DNA of 64,000 nt from NCBI RefSeq assembly GCF_009914755.1, contig NC_060925.1; one strand, given 5' to 3'. Shown piece by piece: positions 54,401 through 64,000 of the stretch. A program made the position numbers and the translations under genes. The stretch is from the human T2T-CHM13v2.0 reference genome, Homo sapiens. The notes under the pieces are model-generated. The model worked only from the letters and a program-made list of their open reading frames with translations, had not been told where the DNA came from and made no database searches. How positions within the stretch are numbered: position 1 is the stretch's first letter; each line of letters begins with the position of its first letter.

Positions 54401-55059
54401 AAACTATAGGCAATGTAGAGAAAATATGCACTCACTCTTATTAAAATTTTCTTATTAAAATAAATAGCAGGTTAATAAAACAAAGCTGTTATTCTCTTCA
54501 TGGTTAGTTATATGCTATGCAACAGAAGTTCTCTGCACAATTACCACTAAAGAAAAGGGAGAAAAGCAGGAAAAAACAACCTAAATGTATTTCCCCTGCA
54601 CATCAGTAAATAATGATGTTTTACCATGAGGTATGTTAATTGGTGACATTTATACATATACAAGTTTGCATTTAATGCTTTCTCTATTTTTCTAAAACAA
54701 TTTCTGCTGAAACATAATAGAGAATCAACACAATATTTTCATTCTCTTTACATTTGGATTCTAGTATGTAGATTTCCACATGTGGCTGATTTCATTTAGA
54801 TATATTTTTTTAATTATTAAGAATAAAATCAACATTGAATCTTTTTGAAACAAAGTCAGTTACCAAATTATTTTATCTTACTTTTCAGTAGAAACTTGCT
54901 GTTAACATGTTGGATGATACATAAAGACTTTTCAAAGGAATTGTGGGTAGTAAGAGAGATGTTCATATTGCTTCACAATGAATAAAATATCTGTCTTTTG
55001 TATTAGAACATTAGAATAGAAAGTGGAGAAGACTTGTTAATACATAAATGTGGCTTACA

Positions 55060-55370
55060 TGGGACTCTATCATTTTCAAGTTGCAGAACAACAATCACAT
55101 TAAATGAAACAAAAGAAATTAATTAATTGAAAGCTTCATAAAACAGCAGAAATATTGGTTTTCATGCCTTTCAGAAAAGATGATATGGAGGACAACTAAT
55201 CTTATTGGCCCGGGTTGGATCAGGCAATCAACACTGAGCCAGTCATTGTGACTATGGACATGGAATGTTCTGACTGGTCAGGCCTAAATTAGGAACAAGT
55301 GGCAAGGGATAGCATAGGCTATGCGCTGGGGAGGGGTGATTTTCAAAAAGACAGATGCCCTCTACTGCAT
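55060..55370 (-). mobile_element. Old MaLR LTR (MLT1J/K-like)
   Basis: ttggcccgggttggatcagg...ctgagccagtcattgtgac...tggaatgttctgactggtcaggcct. Confidence 0.5.
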
Positions 55371-57434
55371 AAACAATTCTTTAGGGACTCTGGATAAAAA
55401 GAGAGAGTGAGAGAAAGAGAGAGATTAATGAAGCATAATCGTTGTCCTCCATGCGTATTCAAAATGGAGACACAGCAGTGTAAATGCATAACTAAAAATA
55501 CAATAAAAACTTTTATGCCTGACATAATATTAGTCATGAATTCACTGGAAAATAGCAGAGTCAAGGACTTTGAATGATAGATCATTCAAATATAAGAGGA
55601 ATGGCATTGCAATATAGAGAAATCCTTTTTAAGGTGATTAATTCATCCTCCCTGAAAAGCTTATAATTTACTTTTATATGCATAATAAGCACTAAACAGT
55701 GATGAGGATCTAAAGAACACAAGCTGAAAAGAGAGAGAATTATAGTATCAAATATGAAGATAAAAGACAACTTATTGTCATGATGCTAAATGGGAAAATA
55801 TTGTACAAAATTCATAGTACAGTACATGCAATTTGTAAATAAAATCACATTTAAAGTAAAATATGAGCAATTGTAAATGCAAAATACAAACTAAAATAAG
55901 GTATATAAAGAAACACATATGGCACAAAATATGGCAGATGGGAGGAAGGACACAGTAAAGTAAACAGAAGTATCCGCAGAACAAACTACACAAGGACAGG
56001 TGGAGGCACCGAGAACCAGATCAGAAGCCATTCCTTCAGCGACCCAAGGAGAGGGCCTTACCGTCCCCAGTTAACAGCCACAACACAACTCAAGATTATT
56101 TTCAGACAGTATATGTAAGCATGGATAGATTTTTATGTATGCATTTTATTCCAAAATTTTGCTTTGCTATTTTCAATAAATACTTGATATATTTAAGAAG
56201 TCATGGGTTAAGGAACTCTACAGCTTTTGTTAGGTACATATTACAATAGAAATTTTGTGCCAACATTATGTACAATTAGATTTAAAAAATCCTTTCGTAA
56301 AGGTGTATCTTAATTTTGTTTATTTTTCTTCAGGTGTACTGACAGAAGCTTAAAGTAAGGCAATTGGAAATGAGGCATTTTGAAAATGTAGGTCTTGAAT
56401 CTAGCCAGGAGAGAGTAAAATGCTGTACTTTGTACAGTGATAGTTTTTCTTTAAGCATACTCAATGTAGTTTTTCTTGTCTTGTAAATTACTACTACCAA
56501 CCCTCACCATGAGTACTCAATAATCTATTTGTTGTTGTTGTTGCTGCTGATGTTGCTTTAGAATAAGAATACAGGAAAGAAAAACTAGAAATTTTTCTTT
56601 AAAGCCACCTGTTACAAGGGGTGAGATGGCAAAGAAGGGAATGATGCTTCTCTGAGTACACATGTTGGTATTTCTTAAAATTTACTTAACTGTATTGAGG
56701 TATTCCTTATATACAATAAAATGCACAGCTATTGAGTGACAGGACAATATTTTTTGATAAATGTATGCAATCACAGAACAATCTTCCATTGAAGAAAGAT
56801 GTAGAACACCACCATGGTGCCAAAACCTTCCCTCTTCTCCAAGTAACCACTGATCTGATTTTTATTAATATAATCATTTCTAAAACTGTATGTAAATGAA
56901 ATCACAAAACATGCATATGCTTTTATATATATGTTCTTGTTTCTGGCCTCTCTTGCTTAATGTACATATTTTAAAATTCATCCATGTTGTTGTACTTATT
57001 TTTAGTTTATCATTTTTTCTGAATAGTATTCAACTATATGAATATAACAAAGCTTTTTTATTGTAATCCTATTGATAATTGTTTTCAGTTTCATACTCTT
57101 GATTAGAGCTGCTATAAACATTGTTGTACAATTTTTGGTTTTGGTTTTGCTGTTATTGTTAACATGTTTTTATTTATTTAGTTTAATATTTAACATTTTG
57201 TTTAAACTTGGAGTGAAATTGCTACTTTTAGTTACTGATCCAATATAAAGTATCAAATGATTAGATAGTCAAATCAAATTTCAGTAAATCAGAAATGTTG
57301 TCTATTATCTAGCTTTGCTAATCATTTCAAAGATGCAGACAAATTTGTAGGAAAGGGCTTAATACATCAATGGCAGCTGAGACATTTCTTACTACAGTGG
57401 ACATGTAATCTCCACCCCAGAAAACAGACAAGTA

Positions 57435-57663
57435 ATAGTGACTCTAGTTATGGATACTGTACTGTGTACTTGAAAATTCCTGACAGGGTTAGCAAAGTTC
57501 TAAAATGTTCTCTCCATAAAAAAAAAAAAAGTAGGTGAGGTGATGGCTATGTGAATTAGCTTTATTTAATCATTCCACAATTTACACATACCAAATCATA
57601 TTATGGACTATAAATACATACAACTTTTATTTGTCAATTATATCTTTATAAAACCAAAAAAAA
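57435..57663 (+). mobile_element. L1MA (MA7/8-like) 3' end
   Basis: tagtgactctagtta...tgtacttgaaaatt...gtgaggtgatggctatgtgaattagcttt...tttatttgtcaattata. Confidence 0.75.
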
Positions 57664-57880
57664 TGCTTAAAACAGGGACAAAAAAGTAGATGAGGACTCC
57701 AAGTGAGATTTGCAGATTTACCTCACTCAAGTAGGAGAGATTTTACTTTTTGAAACATCTCTATTTTACACCTTGGCTTACATGACGTTTTCAGGATGTC
57801 ATGCCTTCAAATCTCCATAGATTCTGGGCATATTCACATGTCGTCTTTCAACAAGAATACTCTATTAAGCACAATATATG

Positions 57881-58108
57881 GGAGATCGAGACCATACAGT
57901 CTAACACAGTGAAACCCTGTCTCTACTAAAACTACAAAAAATTAGCAGGGTGTGGTGGCGGGTGCCTGTGGTCCCAGCTACTCGGGAGGCTGAAGCAGGA
58001 GAATGGCGTGAATCCGGGAGGCGGAGCTTCAGTGAGCCGAAATCCGCCACTGCACTCCAGCCTGGGCTACAGAGCGAGACTCCGTCTCAAAAAAAAAAAA
58101 AAAAAAAA
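57881..58108 (+). mobile_element. 5'-truncated AluY
   Basis: Y diagnostics gagatcgagaccat...ctaacac, gaatggcgtgaa-ccgggaggcggagctt; A20 tail. Confidence 0.92.
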
Positions 58109-58943
58109 TAACAAAGTATGGATAAGGAGCATACACCTAGCAAAAATTCACATAAATAAAGCCATGTGCTACAGGTATCATGTTGAAAGTAATTTAGACA
58201 AGATCGCTTTCCTTTTCTTCTTATCCGGGAGGCATTCCCTCAGCTGCTTTATCTCCTTCTTCGCTAGTTGGCTACATGTTTAAGTGTATATGAGAAACTG
58301 CTGAGATGTTTATTTATCAAAGCGGCCGGACAATTTTATTTATCCACCTGCAATAAGTGATGGTTCCCATTGTTCCACATCCTCACAAACAGCATTGTCA
58401 GTCTTCTTAAATTTTAGCTATTCCAGTAAATGTGTGGTGTGTCTCACTTTGGTTTTAATTTGCATTTCCCGCTGACTAGCGATGCTCAGCACCTTTCTAC
58501 ATGATTATTGGCTATTCCTAAATCTTTTGTTGAAAAATATCTGTTCAAGTCTCTTGCTCATTTTTATTGTACTTCTCTATTTTTTAAAATCTATTTGTAG
58601 GAGTCCTTTATATACTCTAGATGCTGATGCATCACTGAGTGTAAATATACACACAAACATACATAAACTTATATTAATAATTTGAAAAAGTCCATTTATC
58701 TTTTTTTTATGATTAGTGCTTTATTGTGTCTTAGGAATTTTTTGCTGTCTCAGTTCTACAAATATATTATCCTGTGTCTCTTTCCGGAAACTTTACTGTT
58801 TAGCTTATATATGTGTAAGTATGTTTTATTTCAAATGCATTTTTATGTATAATTTGTGATAAGCATTTATTTTAGTGCTTTATCATACATTTCTCCAGTA
58901 TGTTCAATATTATTTGTTGAGGAATCTTTCATTTTCTTTTTAG

Positions 58944-59333
<390 letters not shown>

Positions 59334-60381
59334 TTATTGCTTTTACTTTTGGAGCTTTATTAGTATTATATACATTTGAAATAATACAATTATATCAACA
59401 AGAATTAGGGGGAAATCCATAAAGGCAATATAATAGAAAAGTTAAAAATAACTATATTTCAGATAGAGCTAAATGAGCCAAATTTCCCAAGCTGTAGTTG
59501 CAGTGTATATTAGATCTTTATGAAAGATAAAATCATTCCCATTGGCTATAAATGAGTTACAGAATTCTCATTATTTAACATTTTAAATATTAGGAAACAT
59601 TCCATTTACTATTTGCTTTGTTATTGCTCTTGTTTTTTCTTTATCCTAATGAAATGTATGGAATAAAGTGTTTGTAAATGGAAACAGTTAGGCATTTTTC
59701 TCAGGATTTTATGTTGTGAGTGAGTCATGGAAATTACTGAAGTCTAAGAAAAACCAAGGGTCCTTAGCATCATGACCGACACTGAAGTAAGTATTATTAG
59801 ATTCTATGCTGAGAGTGAACATTTAGTTCCTACTTATTACAGTGTTTCAGGTGTATAATTTTTAGAATCCTTGTTTTACATACAGTCCCAGTTCTCATTT
59901 CCCTATTTAGGTATTGTCTAATGCAGTAAAAACATAACATTTACATTGATGAAACATTCGGTTTATGTGATTTTTTATTGAAGAAAATACAGAGAAAGTG
60001 CAATGCCACCAAAATATGTTTCTAGGGCAAAAGAAATGTCAGATAGAATGTGACTCAACAAGCCATAATGTGAAGGATATAGGAAACACTATCATTCACA
60101 ACTGTCTCTTATAGACAAGAGAAAATAATTACTATTAATATTACAAATGTGCTATAATGAGATGCAATATATATCTTGTTCATAGGATCAGCCTGTCGCT
60201 CATCTCTCTGTTTTGTGAAGTATTATACTCAGTTTTTCTTCATAAATTTGTACCTATCTTCAACATCTTCCAGTCATTTTCTAAAACCTATTATCAAGTA
60301 ATAGCTACCAAAACCACTGTTTGTATGTAATGTCTGTATGAAAATTGTGTAAAGGCATGTGAAAGCAAGAGGTAGTTTTAG

Positions 60382-60712
<331 letters not shown>

Positions 60713-61107
60713 TGTTACAGAAATAATTTTAAATAGCTATTTTGTAATGAGTTTAAGATCTCGAAATATTATTTTTGTCTCCCTCAATACTTTTCATTCT
60801 TTTTCTAGTCACATTAGGGTGTCCACATTGTCTAAACGATAATTAGATTTGCTAAAATTCATGCTTTTTGTTTTATATTATGCTGAGAATTAAAGCAGAA
60901 GGTTTTAAAGAAGCAGAATAGGAGTGTATAAAAAATAAAGAAAGGAAGATCAGGAGGATAATGGGAGAGAAAGACCCTTTCCTGAAAACAGTAGATAGGA
61001 CTGGATTGATGCTAAGAAAAAAAATAAACATTTGAGACCCTGATTTTGATAAAAGAAAAAAGTCTCCTGATTTGGGGAGATCACCATGAGAGAAAGGAAT
61101 CAGAGTT

Positions 61108-61478
61108 TGTATTAGTTTGCTAGAACTGCCATAACAAAGTACCACAGACTGGATGGTGTAGACAACAAATATGTATTTTCTCACAATTCTGATGAGCAAG
61201 GTCTTAACAGGGTTAGTCTCTTCTAAGACCTCTCTCCTTGGCTTTTGGATAGTCCTTTTGCTCCCGTGTCCTCCACATGGGTTCTCTCTTTGTGTGCTTG
61301 TGCTCTAATCTATTCTTATAAGAACACTAGTCATACTGGATTAAAACCAAACCATATAACCTTATTTAACTTAAATTACCTCGTTAGAGACCCTATATTC
61401 AATTAGGGTACTGGGGATTAGGACTTCATCAGATAAACCTGGGTGGGAGCACAGGGCAGCACAATGCAGCCCATAAAA
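61108..61478 (-). mobile_element. MaLR solo LTR (MLT1B-like)
   Basis: tgtattagtttgctag...gccataacaaagtaccacagactgg...gcagcccataa; TSD gagtt/gagct. Confidence 0.85.
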
Positions 61479-61839
61479 GAGCTGAATGACTGTAACACAG
61501 TTTCCAGACACAGAGGCAACACATCAAATAGAAGCAGAAACGTCAACAAAGTAAGCCACCATTCCACTTCACCCAAACTCTTCTTATTATCACCTATGTT
61601 CAAGTTTGTTATCCTATATCCACCTGCCTTCTCCTTGTCCAATACTCTAGTAAGTAAACTCTTCCAGACACTGAAGTTGTTCTTCCCAAGATGGACAGTG
61701 GCATTGTGGAAGGACAGGCCCCATTTCTGGCACTGAGCATGATAGAACGGTGTAGAAAATGATCCTTCTTAAATTGTAATTAATTTCAAAAATTAGCTCA
61801 TTGAGGAAACAGGATTTATTTAGAACTTCATATACATTT

Positions 61840-62502
<663 letters not shown>

Positions 62503-64000
62503 AAAAACTTCCTATTTCTGAGTTTTAAACTGTAGCTTAAAAGGTTAGAAACCACTACTTTCAAACAATATGTCAGAATTTAAAGAGAATAATACCCTTT
62601 GGTGATAATGGACCATAATACCTTTTGGTGAGATGCTTCTGGTGTCAAATTACACATTACATCACTTTATTGAAGCGCTCCGAGCACAATTTAATGCATT
62701 ATTTTAGGATCTAAAAATGATATAAGAGATTAAATGTCTCATACTTTGAGATTGGATGATTGTTACAATATCCATCAAAACATTTTCTCTCCATAAGACT
62801 TAATGAATCAGGCCCTATACCTAAGTACTGAGGCCATTAACCAATTACTAAACCTCACTCCTTTTCTCTCACCCACTCACTTTAACACCAATCACCTTAG
62901 TGATTGCCTACCATGAAACTGGTATTTGAGATATGTTCTATTTTTAATAAATTGTTCTTTATGACTTGTCTTTAGCCACTTAAAGGTGGAGTGCTGAATA
63001 TCAGCATCCCTTTCTAGTTTCCATTCCACTTAAATTTATCAGTTACCAAAGAAGATTTAAAAAAAAATTACTTAAATACCAATTGTATATTTTGAGCTTG
63101 TAAAACTATTCCTATTCATTATATTTTCTTCTATATTAGAGTTCTGTCCATTCCTATGACATGCAAATGAAAAAAAAAAAAAAGAAGAGTCTGCTTCATT
63201 CCAGCAGCACAATTACAACTACATAGCAGTGCTTTCATGTTCCAGGGATAATGTTGACATTGATTTCACCCGACACAGGAAGACACCCCCCCCCATTAAC
63301 TTCACATATTTTTTTTTACATAATATAATACTGCAGAAGGCAAGACCTGCTTGACATGCCAGATTGTGAGGTATTTTAAGGTGGTCATCGGAAATTATCA
63401 TACCTCCTATTTTTGTGCCTTTTCCCCAGCCATAAGTATTCTTAATTAAAACTAAAATAAAACATCTGCATACATTAAAAAGTTATAAAGATGCCACCAT
63501 TTTATCAAAAGTATATTTATTTTTTCATGTACATATTCCTTTACACTTGGTCGTTTTCAATTTAAATCAGAGGCAATTTTCATAGTGTATGTACTAAAAA
63601 TAGACCGATACCAATATCAATACTAATAAATTGTTTTGCACTTTTTGGATGAAAGACCCTGTGGTATGTTTTAGATTAATTATGTCAGATAATCATAACA
63701 TTATGAGATGGCTTCAGTTGTCATGTGAATGATGGTGAAGTTGATTCTGGCTCTTATAGTAAGAATGTGGAGAAGTTGACAACCAGGCCAAATCTTGTCA
63801 GACATTAGACACATTTAACTTAACCATGTCTCTCTGTAGCAAGTTCTGTTTATTCATCTATTTTTTATTTTCCAAATTGTATAATCTGGCATATGTTATA
63901 TTAGTTGTATAATGCAATATAATTGTAAAAGTTTATATGTATAAAGCTGTAATTTGATTATAAATAATCCCCAAACCCCTGATATAATAATTTATTATGG

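Noticed and set aside
62588-62632. Near-duplicate ataatacc(c/t)tttggtga
   Set aside because: Ordinary small local duplication with no further structure.

Overview
This is a very AT-rich, CpG-poor primate (human-like) genomic window with no recognisable protein-coding gene. It reads as intergenic or deep intronic sequence and is dominated by transposable-element fossils. These include L1 fragments of many ages (L1PA3/4, L1PA7, L1PA16/PB, L1MA/MB/MC/ME), 11 Alus (J, S, Y), MaLR LTRs (MLT1A/B/D/H-like), a solo ERV9 LTR12, a solo HERV-L MLT2A LTR, DNA transposon relics (Tigger3b, Tigger4-like, MER58B, a hAT MITE, half a MADE1), L2/MIR traces and microsatellites. It also holds a retroposed Y3 RNA pseudogene (49210-49307, minus). 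The longer ORFs in the track are broken L1 ORF2, Alu/LTR or microsatellite frames. The rest are short frames with no recognisable product. I found no evidence of a novel multi-gene system. The most notable structures are: a fold-back (template-switch) insertion with 45-bp inverted arms around a palindromic purine-pyrimidine minisatellite (51041-51560), a candidate ancient L1 3' transduction (32080-32164), a twin-primed inverted old L1, an intact LTR12 promoter, and an MLT2A LTR with an apparently mutated DUX4 site. Subfamily names come from recalled consensus sequences and need RepeatMasker/Dfam confirmation. Boundaries of old repeats are approximate.
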